A DNA stretch of 63,894 bases, the filler included, from Phoronis australis (lineage: Eukaryota > Animalia > Phoronida), in assembly GCA_002633005.1 (NCBI GenBank). It is 11 parts of 11 records of this genome, joined end to end, with 100 filler letters (N's around TTAATTAATTAA, not from the genome) between each part and the next. Parts side by side here need not be neighbours in the genome. Positions count along the whole stretch, not along the records: positions 32,802 to 40,570 come from NMRA01001984.1; positions 40,671 to 48,819 come from NMRA01001930.1; positions 48,920 to 50,927 come from NMRA01003900.1; 8 more parts are not named here. The stretch is one strand, 5' to 3'. A program made the position numbers and the translations under genes. Each line of letters opens with the position of its first letter. The first letter of the stretch is position 1. Below are positions 37,534 to 50,300 of the stretch, in pieces. Below the pieces are notes generated by a model, which had not been told where the DNA came from, ran no database searches, and saw only the letters and a list, made by a program, of their open reading frames with translations.

Positions 37534-38326
37534 GTCCCAACGTACAATTTTTTCCCAGACGACCACGTACTTTAAATAAGCTAGTTAGGAGGTATGTAAG
37601 GATCATTACTATCCACAACAGCTGATTCTTCTTAATTTGAATTACCTCTGCAAAGGTGTGCAGTGCTGGTGGATAACATTGCCAAGAAAAAATACTGTGA
37701 TTGTTCCTTTACATGTACACGACGTAGTTGTCATCCGCAGGTGGCGCAATAATACAATCACATTCAAACAGAGCGTCTCCGCAAGTTCATCGAGTTCGAA
37801 AAATTTGTTGATATTGCGACTGCATGTTGAAAGTTGGGAGAAGTATTAACACTGCAAGATAGAAAAGAATAGTCATTTCATATCTTCGACCCACATATGT
37901 GAGTATTTATAAGGGAAAAAAGAAATACGCTGGGTGCCGTATTTGACACAATTACCAAGGTTTGTACTCGTATAATACAGGAAAACAAGTGCAACAGTTA
38001 GTGGCGTACCTGATCAAAGCCCAAAATTTCTTTTTCCATATAGTTTGATCATAGAGTATTGGATCAAATGAAATTTTCGGATGTAGTAACGTCCTTTGTC
38101 AACAGAAACAGAAACAGAAATAAAGTAAAATTAAACATTATTTCACGCGAGACGCAAATCGCATCGCGAATTCGCGACAGCTGACTTGTTCTGAGCTCTC
38201 GTGAGCGTTTTTCTGGTTTTGCTTTTTAGTTAGAAAGTTGTGCTATCGGAGTTCAGTTTAATAAACCATTTCTAAACTGTTTTATATGAAGTTGTAACTG
38301 ACTTAGCTAACAGGACCGTAACATGA

Positions 38327-39630
38327 CAGTGGCGGATCTATGAGGGGTTCAGGGGTTTAACCCCCCCTTGGGCCAGGACCCAAAATAAAAAAATCGTCTC
38401 CAGCAAAACAAAAACAGCACCACCATCGTGTGTAAACCCCAGATAAACTAATTTGGAAAAAATTGAGGAGGGTTCATTCTAAAAATATAATTTTTGCATT
38501 GTGAATTGCTGTTATGAAAATCAACGCATTTCGATTTTTCGTGGCTCATCGGCAAAAAGCGCGGAGATCAATTGTGCGCGCGCTTCCGTCGACACTTCTG
38601 AAGTAGCCAAGCATTTTAGATGGATCCAACGCTGAAAGAGCAGTTCTATAGCTGATTTCTTTAGGTAACAGCTTCTTTACTCTAAGATATGTTTTGATTT
38701 GATTAGGGAAAATACTATGGTGCCGCAACCTTGATATTCAGGCGAATTGACGTGCAACGTTTTTACCTCATCTGTCTTGCCGTATCATGCTATTACACTC
38801 CACACGTTTGTAACTCGAATTTGACTGGTGTATAGTAAAGTTGTCTTGCGCAATATCATACAGTGTACATGTCCGTGTAATATTTTTGAAAAAAATCGTT
38901 CTCAGCAGAATTGCTGTTGTGGCGGGCGCAGTGGTCTGGTCGCGAGTCCGTTTGAAGATGCACTCTAACAAGTTATGTCTATACAAAGAATGACCAAGGG
39001 GGACTCACTTTGATAAAGTGACCGCATTCACGAACAGTGTACAGTACCAGAAATTGCAGGGAGGCTGTACTGTCACAGCAAAGTCTTGAGGGACTCGTGC
39101 GATGTTCGTGCGACCTCAACACTAAACCTACCGTCGTTCTACCTGCAATAAGCACCACAGCCGGAGGTCTTCTATATTGGGAATTTCCGCAGAAAGGCCC
39201 ACCCGATAAAACGCCAATGCCCATGGGCATGTATTTGATGTTAGTACTTCGGGTTTCAAGCGTTCAGACATTGGGACGTTTATTCCGAAAATTGCAAGAG
39301 GTGCAAATAGGTCCTAGGATACATCGTCTAGGTTTGAAGTAGTCCGTGATGAACGGATCAAATTTAGTTGCGCATGTAAGTCTTTTGAATGGACTTGGCA
39401 ACCTTAGGGGGCTTAGTGCCAACTGAGCTGCGAAACGAGATGCTGACATTGTAGAGGCTTACAAGCTCATTGACACAGCAGTTGACAAAGTGCAAACGTT
39501 GGGAACAAACATCGAAGATGTCTGAGTAGAATGGTTCCAAGACGAGCAAACCATTGGATCCGATATATAGATTCCTCGGCAGTCCAGACGACATAAGGAT
39601 AGGACTAACGTATCTGGAGAAAGACCCAGA
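38327..39630 (+). mobile_element. Family B hAT element, copy 2 (one end plus transposase remnant)
   Basis: Starts CAGTGGCGGATCTA; inverted diverged paralog of about 12918-14204, including the same transposase fragment. Confidence 0.85.
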
Positions 39631-40670
39631 TAACAAGTTAATTCTACACAGTTTGTACATAATGTCGGTTTTTTATGCTTGCGTACAATGAAAACGAAAT
39701 AGAGATTATTTGTGGTCGTGCCAAATTTACCCAGTACAGCACAGGGTCTACGAGCGCACCGAAACTGATTCTGGTTTGTATTTCCACTTGGCTCTATCTG
39801 CTTCATATCCCGCCCTCCCCCAGGTGGCCCGTGGTGCAGACTGAGTGATATCTCAGACAGTTGTGGAAGGACTATCTCAGTAGCCATGAAGTCCGAAAGC
39901 ATGTTACCTAGATGGAGGATTTCACGCACAAAACTTGCAGAGCAGACGAGATGAGATACTTAAAGTGTTCAATAAGAAAATTTAATTAAATGTTATAACT
40001 ATTGTTTAACAGAGAACAAATACAATTTCATTGTTAAGAGCAACGATATTAAGAAATAAAAACACTTATCAAAGGACTTGAAGACCACTTTGCACATACA
40101 TCTTCTTAAAACCCATTGTTTGCAAGAATAGTGTGACGTAAAACGTACGTTCAAATAAATTAAAATTTTGTTCAGATAATGTATTCGCTGTTTATAAGCA
40201 GATGGTCGCCAGTGCAACATTGTCCCAAATAATTACGAATAAATTTTCTGCGGGAAAGTTGACTCATTATCAATAGAGTGCCTCATGTTTTCTTTCCTGT
40301 GTTCGTATTTGACATATCAAGTTTTTGTAAATAGTTAACAAAATACAATGAAGGTACTTTTGGCAATTAAATGAGAGTTCCAATGTGTCAGAATATAGTG
40401 TGACAGTATTTTTAGTTGTATTGTTTTGTTTTGATGTTCAGTTTGATTGGCATGATCCCTGAGTTAAGTACAGTGATGATGTAATTTGTTTACTATGTAA
40501 CAGGAGTGCCCTGGACATGATTATGTAAGTGAGATATATGCGCCCTCTAGTGGTCAAGCTGTGTATTACGNNNNNNNNNNNNNNNNNNNNNNNNNNNNNN
40601 NNNNNNNNNNNNNNTTAATTAATTAANNNNNNNNNNNNNNNNNNNNNNNNNNNNNNNNNNNNNNNNNNNN

Positions 40671-40771
40671 ATGTAGAGATTGAGCGTGCTCGACTCACAC
40701 GTATCCTGGCTCAGATCAAAGAAGATGAGGGTAACATCGCTGAGGCAGCCACTGTTCTACAGGAGTTGCAG
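40671..40771 (+). CDS. PSMD12: 26S proteasome non-ATPase regulatory subunit 12 (Rpn5) exon, 5' truncated
   Basis: (Y)[33 protein letters not shown]|GTATGT. Confidence 0.95.
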
Positions 40772-41784
40772 GTATGTAGACAACACTTCTTGTTCACGGG
40801 ACAATTCTTGCTTACTCGTCACCTATTTTGCGTAATTGGACTGGGCTGATTGATGATTATAGTTGAGAGCATAGGGTTTTATGTTTAAAGCCCCTTACAG
40901 CGCTATCTTTGAAAACCATTGTTTTGGTTTATGTTTTGTAGTGGAATGCTTTGTTTTGGTTCTGAATGCGGCGAGCTAGCTAGTTTTATTCCAGCTTGTA
41001 GTTAACAATTTTGGTTTTTGAGCAAATTAGCTTTGTGTCTTCAACCGTCTATAACAAGAAACCAGTTTTAGATCCACACAAAATCTTAACATGTTTAGAC
41101 CTGGTTGCGGTTTTGCTTGTTGATTTTACAACAAAACGCCTGACATGCGTTGACCACCACTTGAATCTTATGGAAACTCCACCAGCTCAGTTCTTGTACA
41201 TGCGCAGATATTGTCTTGCTTCAGGAATATTATACATTTTTGACTCAATGTCAGTGATATGGGATCTAACATACCAGGTTCAACGGATTATAAAAAGTTA
41301 TTGCAGTTGGCTCAGATGAATTCAAAATATGTCCCACCCGCGGTCACCGTCATCGTTTTTGCACCCATGTTGCCACTAACGTTGCAAATCATTGGGGAGC
41401 ACATACCCTGCATATTGCAAAAATGCATGTCCCAACTGTTGTTTTTTATGTTTGATTAAAATGAAATGCAGCTGTACCCATCGCTAGTCATGAAACGTAC
41501 TGGGGTAGCAGACAAATCCACACCTGAGTGATGGTGCTTAAGGACTGAATCCGAAAAGGACAGAAGTTCATGCGACCCATAAGTCTGGTAAATTGAGCCA
41601 TAGATAGTGTCTTTGGGGTCATTTGACCCGTGGGCATGTTTTTCTAAAAAGATCACTGATATCATGAATCTCAATAACCCACAGTTATCATCATGTAAGT
41701 TGTACAACAAACACATGCATGCATACAGTTATGTACAGCAGCAGTCACGTTACTGTGAAGCAAACCCTTCTTCACTGTGTTTAG

Positions 41785-41934
41785 GTGGAGACCTATGGGT
41801 CTATGGAGAAGAAAGAGAAGGTGGAATTCATTCTGGAACAGATGAGACTCTGCCTGGCCAAGAAGGATTTCATCCGCACACAGATCATCAGCAAGAAGAT
41901 CAATACAAAGTATTTTGAGGACAGTGAAACAAAG
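41785..41934 (+). CDS. PSMD12: PSMD12 exon
   Basis: [50 protein letters not shown]; AG/GT boundaries. Confidence 0.96.
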
Positions 41935-42582
41935 GTATGAGCCAGCATGTTTGAACCACTCTTGTTGGGAAGTCGCCTAATCTCTAATTGTGATAACTGG
42001 AACTTGATCACAAGCGACATTATTTTACATTTACCGAGTTTTCCAAACCAGAGTAATTTTCAAGTGCAAATATCAATGCTGGCCGAGGGTCTAATCTCTG
42101 AACTCAATCTCTACTCAGACTCAAAATTTAAACCGATTATGCCACTTGATTTGAGTACTAATTTAAAAGCTTACTTGAAGCGTGACATGTATTCGGTCAG
42201 TTTTCAAAATTGAGATTGGAGTACAGAGATTAGACTCCCAGCCTTAGCATATTGTTAAGTGGTCTAGGCAATGTTAGGTCTTGGAACGCTCTGTCACATA
42301 GCCAGTTGTGTATCATACTTGAACTAAGTCATTGCTAATACTCTACTTGGTCTCCTCTGAAGGCACAAAAGGAACTTAGATCAGTGTTTGTGATGTTGTG
42401 AGCTGTTGGCACTGGCAGTTTTTGTGCTTGTCCATTGACAAAGTTCAAGGTACGGTAGAACGGGCCCAGCATAAAGTAATTTTTAGAGAGCCAAAGGCAG
42501 CCTTCACTGCTGGACCTGGTGCTCTCAAGATTTGTCAGTTGATGGTTGTGTTTAACGCCAAGCTTATTGTGCTTCACTTCAG

Positions 42583-42717
42583 GACTTGAAGCTCAAATTC
42601 TACCAGTTGATGATTGAGCTTGGTGAGCATGAAGAATCTTACTTGTCTAACTGCAGACACTTCAGAGCGCTGTATGACACACCAGCTGTGCTAGAGGAAC
42701 CAGCTAAGCGCAACGAG
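42583..42717 (+). CDS. PSMD12: PSMD12 exon
   Basis: DLKLKFYQLMIELGEHEESYLSNCRHFRALYDTPAVLEEPAKRNE; AG/GT boundaries. Confidence 0.94.
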
Positions 42718-43340
42718 GTGAGCTGCTCAGTGACTTGACACATCTTTAATGATGTGTTCAAGTATTCTTTTACACAAACTTTTTATGTATTCTTAACAGC
42801 GCCCAGTAATATGTACAAAATGTTGTTAAAACTAGAAAGTGAACGCTCTGGTGAAACTGGAAACAGACTGCAAAGTGCTGCCTGTGAACTGTTGTACCTT
42901 GATGTTTACACCCTTGAATGTTGTCTGCAATTTTGTTCCTGAGTTTAAAGTGGCTCTAAACCTTTGTTTTGTTGAAGTGCAAACTTATGAGCAGAACCAC
43001 TTAACTTTATTAAACTGGTCTCATCTTGTTTCCTTACTCAGATGAGAACTGATTGATTTCTGGGTTTGCACAGAATTAATAGTCCATTATTGGTTTACAC
43101 CATACTCAGTGTATAAAATGACAGGCCATGGCAAGCCAACTTGTAGAATATAATCTCATGCAGTAAAGAACGTCCAGTTCTTTCATACCCCTGAAATCTC
43201 TAATTTGATCGATTTTCTAACGGTAAGTGCTCTGAATCAAACATTGGGGTGTATATTGTCATTACCTGTCTGGACATCTGGTGACTGGTGTCCACAGCGG
43301 TACTTTCAAAATCCTAGTTTTGTCGTGTCTTCTCACTCAG

Positions 43341-43453
43341 GCTCTGGTTGGTGTGGTATGCTACGTGATTCTAGCTCCCTATGACAATGAGCAGTCGGAC
43401 TTGATCCACAGGATAAAAGAAGACAAACACTTGACTGAAATACCCAAATACAA
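43341..43453 (+). CDS. PSMD12: PSMD12 exon
   Basis: [37 protein letters not shown](K); AG/GT boundaries. Confidence 0.95.
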
Positions 43454-44107
43454 GTAAGTGGAGCCTGGCTCCAAGGGGCTACTGCACATTGTCGAGATAT
43501 AAATGTGAATAAGTTTATGTTTACAACTGACGTGAGGTCTTGGTTTTCTGTGAACCACGTAAATGAAGACTAGAAAGCCTTCAACACTGAACACTTTCAT
43601 ATATTAATTAACTCTGTTTTGCTTTATGCTTTAACCAAATTATACGTTTAAGGCACAGAGATCATGTTACAGATGCTTAGTAGTGTGCCTTAAATTTACT
43701 GGTTCTTCAAGCAAGTGTGTAATGGTCTCTTTAAGTAAGCAGCCTGGCTATTGTGCTGAGCAAATAACTACGACGAGAATTTAATAACACTCATAGTTGT
43801 ACTACTTCAAAGCAACTATATTCAGGCTATACATCAGTTTTTGCGGTTATCTCCATGTCTCCCCATCTATACAAGATTAACAGCCGATACAGACACTATA
43901 AATTCCTACTGACAAAAGTTGTATCTGAAACAGCTTGTTGAACCTAAATATCACATCACTCAACCACTGTAGCTCCAGCTGGACTCCAGGAGCTCAATGT
44001 TATTTAGGCCCAGTTTACTGTGCCTTTTTGCTAAAAAGTGGCTCTGCTTTGTAGCGGTTGTCTGTACTCCCTCCCCTTATGTAACTGTCTGTTCATTTGT
44101 TTTCCAG

Positions 44108-44273
44108 GCAACTGTTGGAGTTGTTCACCACATCAGAACTCATGCGTTGGAAACAGGTGTGTGCTGACTATGAACAAGAGCTCAAGACTGGACTGTCCTC
44201 TCATATATTCAACCCGAAGACCGAAGCTGGGCAGAAAAGATGGAACCACCTCAAGATCAGAGTTGTTGAACAT
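44108..44273 (+). CDS. PSMD12: PSMD12 exon
   Basis: QLLELFTTSELMRWKQVCADYEQELKTGLSSHIFNPKTEAGQKRWNHLKIRVVEH; phase consistent with the previous exon. Confidence 0.95.
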
Positions 44274-45723
44274 GTGAGTGTAGAGGTGGATTTTGGTTAC
44301 GGCACTTGTCTGAGTTAACAATCATGTTTGGCTTGACACCGATCTCCAAAGTATCCGTTTGTAAGCACCCATGCCTGACTAAAGCCTCACAAATATAAGT
44401 GCCCAGGACTTTAATCTGCTACGTATGGTGATATTACGTCACCATTTCTGCTCCTGTAGGACAAACCAAGCACTGATTTCATCATGTGTCACTCCTTGGA
44501 ACGCTTTTATTTGTGTTCGATGTTTTTTTCATTTTGTTTTCTAGTAACTCTGATTAACGTACTGCTGGGCTCAAAATAATACATGGCCGTATTGAAAACA
44601 ACCCTCAACAGTATGAAAATTATCAGGTCGTTGTTTTCAATCTGGCCAAATTCCAAGTTTGTAATTTAGGTGTTCAACTCGCTCACACTAATCCCAGCTC
44701 GCCCAACTTTGATGACCAAAAAACAAAATGTTGAGGTAATTGTCAGTGTTGCCGTGCCCATACTCCCCCCCTTTGGCTATAACTAAACGAAAACCCCGTT
44801 TGGGGCGTTTTTGGGTGATGTGAGCCCGCAGTTGGGCATTCCAACTCGTTCACATACGAGTAATGCGAGTCAGCCAAATGTAATGTAGCTCACATTTCTA
44901 AATTTTTTGTAGCAAATGCGACCTGCATGTGTAAAATTGGTAAAGCCATCAAGGTTTGGAATTTTCCGCGGAAACGCGGATTTCCGCTTTTTTTCTTTTA
45001 TTCTCTCCGCGTATTTCTAGTATATTTCCGCAGAAAAAAATCGGATTTGCCATAAAATTATTGCGGCAAATTGGTTTCTCACCATGGTGTTGCCGACGAC
45101 TCGAAAACCGGAAACTGCTCTTTATGTTTTGGAGGAACGAAAATTGCAATTGCGGATCACAGGTGCTCGAATTTCCCGATGACTCGTAACCATATATAAG
45201 AAACATGTTTTCTTAGTAGTGAGTGACGTCAGTGGCAATCGAGGAACAAATAAATTCAAGTGCCTGTGCCTGGAATAGCGTGGTTCATCAATGGCGTCTA
45301 CATTTGGTATAAAATCGCGGTGACAAATAGTGCGATGCTGCGGTCAAAAATGCGTGGTTATTTCGTGGAAAAAGTGGATAAAAGAAACGATCAATGTCTT
45401 CACAAACCAAGGTTTGTGCTCTGTAAACTTTGAGAGAGGAACAATTACGGAGTGCGTGGCCGAGTCACTTTGGACTAAGTTGGAGTAGGAGGACCAACTG
45501 ATAACGATGAAACGCTAGAAATAATAGTGCTTCCTGAAAGGAAATTCAACCATAACCAGTTATTCGTTGGATTGGAATCGTGGGATGTGAGTGATGTATG
45601 AAATTCTTTTGTTTGATCCCGCACGCACACCCGTTGCCGTTGGCTGCTAGTGCTAGACCTGACCGTTTGAGTGCGATTTTCTACGTGCCGCCAAAACGGG
45701 ATACAAAGTGCTGTTTTCGTTAA

Positions 45724-46564
45724 GGGCTGTTCCAGCAAAATCTGTATGGGAGGGGGGGGAAGGCACTTTTATTTTGTACCCACCGCCCATATTTTTCATT
45801 TATTTCTCCAACCCATGACCCATAATTTTTTAATTATTTTTAATAGGTTAAAATACAAAATCCAACACTTGCAAACAAATTGCCTCCAGGAGGACCTGTT
45901 AAGACCTTAGATGATTGACAGACAAGAACTAGTTGTCTTGTCCAATATTGTCAAAAACTAAAGTAGCCTGTGAGCAATACTTTTGGCAGCCACCAGGTGT
46001 CTCTGTTCACCATGTGTCTATAATTTCAATGAACATTTTTTCAATTATAAGGATCTATGAATCTCAAACTGTCTCCACGAACTCTTTTATACTTCTATGT
46101 CAAGTGAATATTGGAACTTGTTTATCTTACTCCTCATACTTTTTATTTAAAAATCATCAATTTTCTTATATGTGTTAACACCAGTTTAGTGTTGCATAAC
46201 TTTTCAATTCAATAGGACTGCAGACAAACAGTTGGCTCAAATCAAGTTGCCCATGACTTGATTAATGGCTTAGTGAACATATTGCACTCTGTTCACTGGC
46301 AATATGGGCTTTTTTGTATTGGGATAAGTTAGGATATATGCCAATTGCATTTTTTTGAGTTTTGATTTCTTTGAAGATGTGTTTGGCTGAAGTAACCATC
46401 CTGTCAACATTAACAGGTCAAAAAATACCACCCATTTTTAATGCATCACTTCTTACAGGAACGACCACCCATAATTTGAGTTTTTTTCTGAAGACCACCA
46501 CCCATGAATTTTTATTTCTACTGCCGTCCCCCCCCCTCCCACACGGATTTTACTGGAACAGCCC
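45724..46564 (+). mobile_element. PIF/Harbinger-like MITE (TAA TSD), complete
   Basis: TAA|GGGCTGTTCCAGCAAAATCTGTATGGGAGG ... CCTCCCACACGGATTTTACTGGAACAGCCC|TAA; absent from family C copy 1. Confidence 0.85.
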
Positions 46565-47012
46565 TAATACTGCAAATGTCTTTAAATTGTTGTTTATGTA
46601 TTTCAATTTATTTTGACATTTTTCGTGTTCTAGTTTGTGACTAGTTTTGCAGTTCGAGAGAAGTGATCACGGGACAGGTTCTGAATGATGTGATTGGTCT
46701 AAGCCATTGTTTACAAATTCTGCCTATTTTCAGTGTCCTGGTAGTTGTTTCTTGTCACATAGTTTCTTCTACACCAGCGTGGCTTATGAACAATTAACTC
46801 CTGTAATTACTGTTTGAAACTGAAAAGTTTGACCAACTTAGGATTGCGATTGATGCATTCTATAGTTTAAAGTATGTTGTTTTTGACTTTCGTTTTCCCA
46901 TGCTAACAGTTGGGATGTGAGCCACAGGTTTTCGTCTTGACTTTATTCCATTTGCATTGGAATTAAATTGTTTGTTGGAATTAAATGTGTGTTTTTCAGG
47001 CTTTCTAGATAA

Positions 47013-47354
47013 GGGCTGTTCCAGCAAAATCTGTATGGGAGGGGGGGGAAGGCACTTTTATTTCGTACCCACCGCCCATATTTTTCATTTATTTCTCCAA
47101 CCCATGACCCATAATTTTTTAATTATTTTTATTAGGTTAAAATATAAAATCCAACACTTGCAAACAAATTGCCTCCAGGAGGACCTGTTAATTAAGAACT
47201 TAGATGATTGACAGACAAGAACTAGTTGTCTTGTCCAATATTGTCAAAAACTAAAGTAACCTGTGAGCAATACTTTTGGCAGCCACCAGGTGTCTCTGTT
47301 CACCATGTGTCTATAATTTCAATGAACATTTTTTTCAATTATAAGGATCTATGA
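47013..47354 (+). mobile_element. Second, 3'-truncated copy of the same Harbinger-like MITE
   Basis: Near-identical to 45724-~46060; inserted at a TAA that is present as an empty site in family C copy 1 (about 29345-29355). Confidence 0.85.
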
Positions 47355-47861
47355 AGCTACCTAAAATCACAGCCAATGTTCTCGGTCGCTACCCAACAAT
47401 GCACAATTGCAGCCGGGGGCCGCCATCTTGAAGAAGAGTGCAGCTACAGCCAAGAAAGTGGCCTTTTTTTATTCACAGCATGTTCACAAATACAAACAAA
47501 CCACATTCACTGAGCCTACGTGCAATGCCCACCTACAAAATGCCCCCAAACTTGGCCTACCCCAAAATTTCTATATTTTGGGAGTGCAAATTGGCCGCAG
47601 CCGCAGCCTAACTATTCAGTGCCACCTTCATTGTAGTTGCTGTAATAGCTGTCAGGTACTGCTTAAGATGAGTGCGTTTTGCCAACACGACACAGTAACA
47701 GGGCATCTTGTGATAATTATCTTTACTTTCGATCTGTTGAGGTATGGTTTAGATTGAAATGTGTATTTGGGGCTGTAAAAATTTCCTCTTTTGTCATGGG
47801 TCATTCCAAGTCCTGAGCCATTCAGGGTCTTGTTATTACATTCGCTTGTATTATCTTTCAG

Positions 47862-47939
47862 AATATTCGAGTGATGGCTAAGTACTATACAAAGATACGC
47901 ATGAACAGAATGTCAGAGCTGCTGGATCTCACTGAAACC
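47862..47939 (+). CDS. PSMD12: PSMD12 exon (PCI domain; later exons lost at linker)
   Basis: NIRVMAKYYTKIRMNRMSELLDLTET|GTAAGT. Confidence 0.95.
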
Positions 47940-49176
47940 GTAAGTACTACCAGTCTACCATGAGTATTGGTCAAATTGGTGTAAACCCTTTGTGTTGCGG
48001 ATGGATTGTGCTTGACGCGTGTACGATTGCAGACCGCTCAGACCGTCTCATGGCTTGTGTTTGCTCTGTAATATGGGCAGTGTAGTGGGCATCTTGATGG
48101 TCACTAAGTGTTGCGGATAAAGCAATGAAACATTTTGATCACTGAACAGAAAGAAAAACAAAAAAATGTTCATCTGCAATGAGATGTTCATGAGATGAGA
48201 GTCTCATGTGACCTGAATGTATGCATTCCTACTGATAGGACTGTTGTTTTACCAGGGTAACTTATTGAATTTGGAGTTCCTCATTGGAAACGAATTACAG
48301 TTATTCGCCACTCATTTCACATAAAGTAATATAAAATAATTTCCTGCTAGTTGAGGTGTGCCAAATATACTGAATGTACAGTCTTCATCATTGACGGGTG
48401 TTCTAAGTGGGTGGCTTCTTTCTACAAATGTATCTTAAAACGGCATATTTCACTATTAAAATCCACTTTTTTGTGCATTTTTAGAATATATTTTTGAAAC
48501 TAAACACCTTTCAGATTTGCTATAACATGTGCTCCAGGGGTGGCTTGAACAATGTATCAAAATGTCCCAGGGTTGATCAAGTTTTGTAATGCCAAAGCAA
48601 TAAAATACAGAGAGATAATTGATGCTGGGTTCTTAGCATATTATGTGAACAACCTCATTGAAAATGTCTGTGCACATCGGAGTTGGGTGTAAAACTCATG
48701 ACAATTTATTCCAATTGAAACTGAATTAATAAACAATGCAATGCGTTTTTATGTCATCTAGAGTAACTGTAAGCACTGTAGTTGATTTGTGTGGCCTTAC
48801 TTCGTGCATTTCCATCTGANNNNNNNNNNNNNNNNNNNNNNNNNNNNNNNNNNNNNNNNNNNNTTAATTAATTAANNNNNNNNNNNNNNNNNNNNNNNNN
48901 NNNNNNNNNNNNNNNNNNNGATTCCGAGCAGAAGGTTCATACTCCCGGCCCCGCAACTTTCGGGACGTCTGTACACATACAACCGCGCTTTGCTCAATTC
49001 GCCGACATGTTGCCCCCCCTTATGGTATCCTAGATCCGCCACTGCTATAAAAATACAGAGTCGGATCCGAAAGGTTCTTGGCAAGAATTTTAAAGTGTCG
49101 TGTAAATACTTAGAAGTGAAACTGGAGGAAGAAAGGCGAATATTTTAAATTCATTGTTTATCTAGCCTATATTTAC

Positions 49177-49395
49177 CTTCTCAGATGCGTCCAACTTGGC
49201 CGTTAAGCTTCCGCCATTCACAATGTCCTGCTGCAGACGTATCAGGTAGGCTTTCGCGTCTTCTAATGTGTTCACGCTGCGAACACCATGTGACCCCATA
49301 CCTGACGATGGTTTTATGATGACAGGAAACGACAAATTATGACAGGCATCTTCCAACTCCTCCAATGTCTCGACCGCAAAACTTTGGACACCGTG
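49177..49395 (-). CDS. ATP-grasp amino-acid ligase exon (carnosine synthase 1-like)
   Basis: 219-bp phase-0 exon with AG/GT ends; HGVQSFAVETLEELEDACHNLSFPVIIKPSSGMGSHGVRSVNTLEDAKAYL... carries the ATP-grasp FP..IKP..G.GS.GV loop. Confidence 0.8.
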
Positions 49396-49739
49396 CTGAA
49401 GAAACAGAAGTTTTTTAGTCGTTTGAGTAATTTTGTTTTCGAATTTCCTCGAACCGGGTGATAGAGTCTATTCATGCAATTTGCAATTATTTTAACAATC
49501 CTGTTCACGCTGACCACTGGTGAGATTCGATAAACTGTTGTCAAGTTCTTGTCGATGGGAAGAGTTTTGAAAGTAAAACAGTTAATAGTGCTGCTATAAG
49601 CATGCGCGTTTAGTCAACTTTTGAGTTAGGTCACTTCCGTTACAACAATGGTTTCAATTTATTTCTTACTTAGGTGACGTGTTTGTTTGTTTGTGCTTGC
49701 AAAGAGCTTATAGGTCGTCATGTTATAGTCCAGTCATTC

Positions 49740-50300
49740 TAGGGCTCCAGNAGGGCCCAACCTAGAAAAAATTGCAACAGAAGGTTTTTTTGCATAAATG
49801 GTATCTTCAAACATCCCTTGGTGTCAGAAAAAAAATCTACCGAAATCGGAGTGGCGGAAGTCGGTTTTTCAAGATGGCGGACAAAATGGCCGACAAAACC
49901 GGTGATTACTGTTTTCTGGCATATTACTCTTATGTAGCAGCTAAGAATAAAACAATAAAGTTTGTCATTGATTATATACTTTTCATAACAGGCATACCAA
50001 TCAAAAGATGCCAATTTTCCGTAAAATAAAACCAATATGGCCGACAACATGGCGGCCGAAACGGCAATTTGGTACATGTTGCAAGATTTCTTTTGATATT
50101 TTGCCCTAAAAATGGCAAAAGTTTTATTCTTTTGAAAGTTAGACAATTGAAAATATCTGGACCTTACAATTGGTCACTGGTTTGCGAGAAAAAAATCAAG
50201 ATGGCTGACAAAATGGCCGCCAAAATGGCTGCCGATTCACAAACCCTAATTTACCGCATTTACGTTCTGCAAACTTTGTTTTTAACCTGATACGCATTTA
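49740..50300. mobile_element. Unclassified DNA-transposon-like end rich in AA(A/G)ATGGC(C/G)G(A/C)C motifs
   Basis: Many dispersed ATGGCCGAC/ATGGCGGAC/ATGGCTG motifs; no second terminus in this segment. Confidence 0.4.

Larger units (their letters stand above)
44950..47815 (-). mobile_element. Family C hAT-like element, copy 2 (6-bp TSD), in a PSMD12 intron, with nested insertions
   Basis: TIRs CAAGGTTTGGAAT / ATTCCAAGTCCTG; flanked by AGCCAT on both sides. Confidence 0.88.

Noticed and set aside
1-49395. Apparent amino-acid metabolism cluster (Cys2-like, PYCR, ATP-grasp ligase)
   Set aside because: The genes are on different segments separated by artificial linkers; physical linkage is unsupported.
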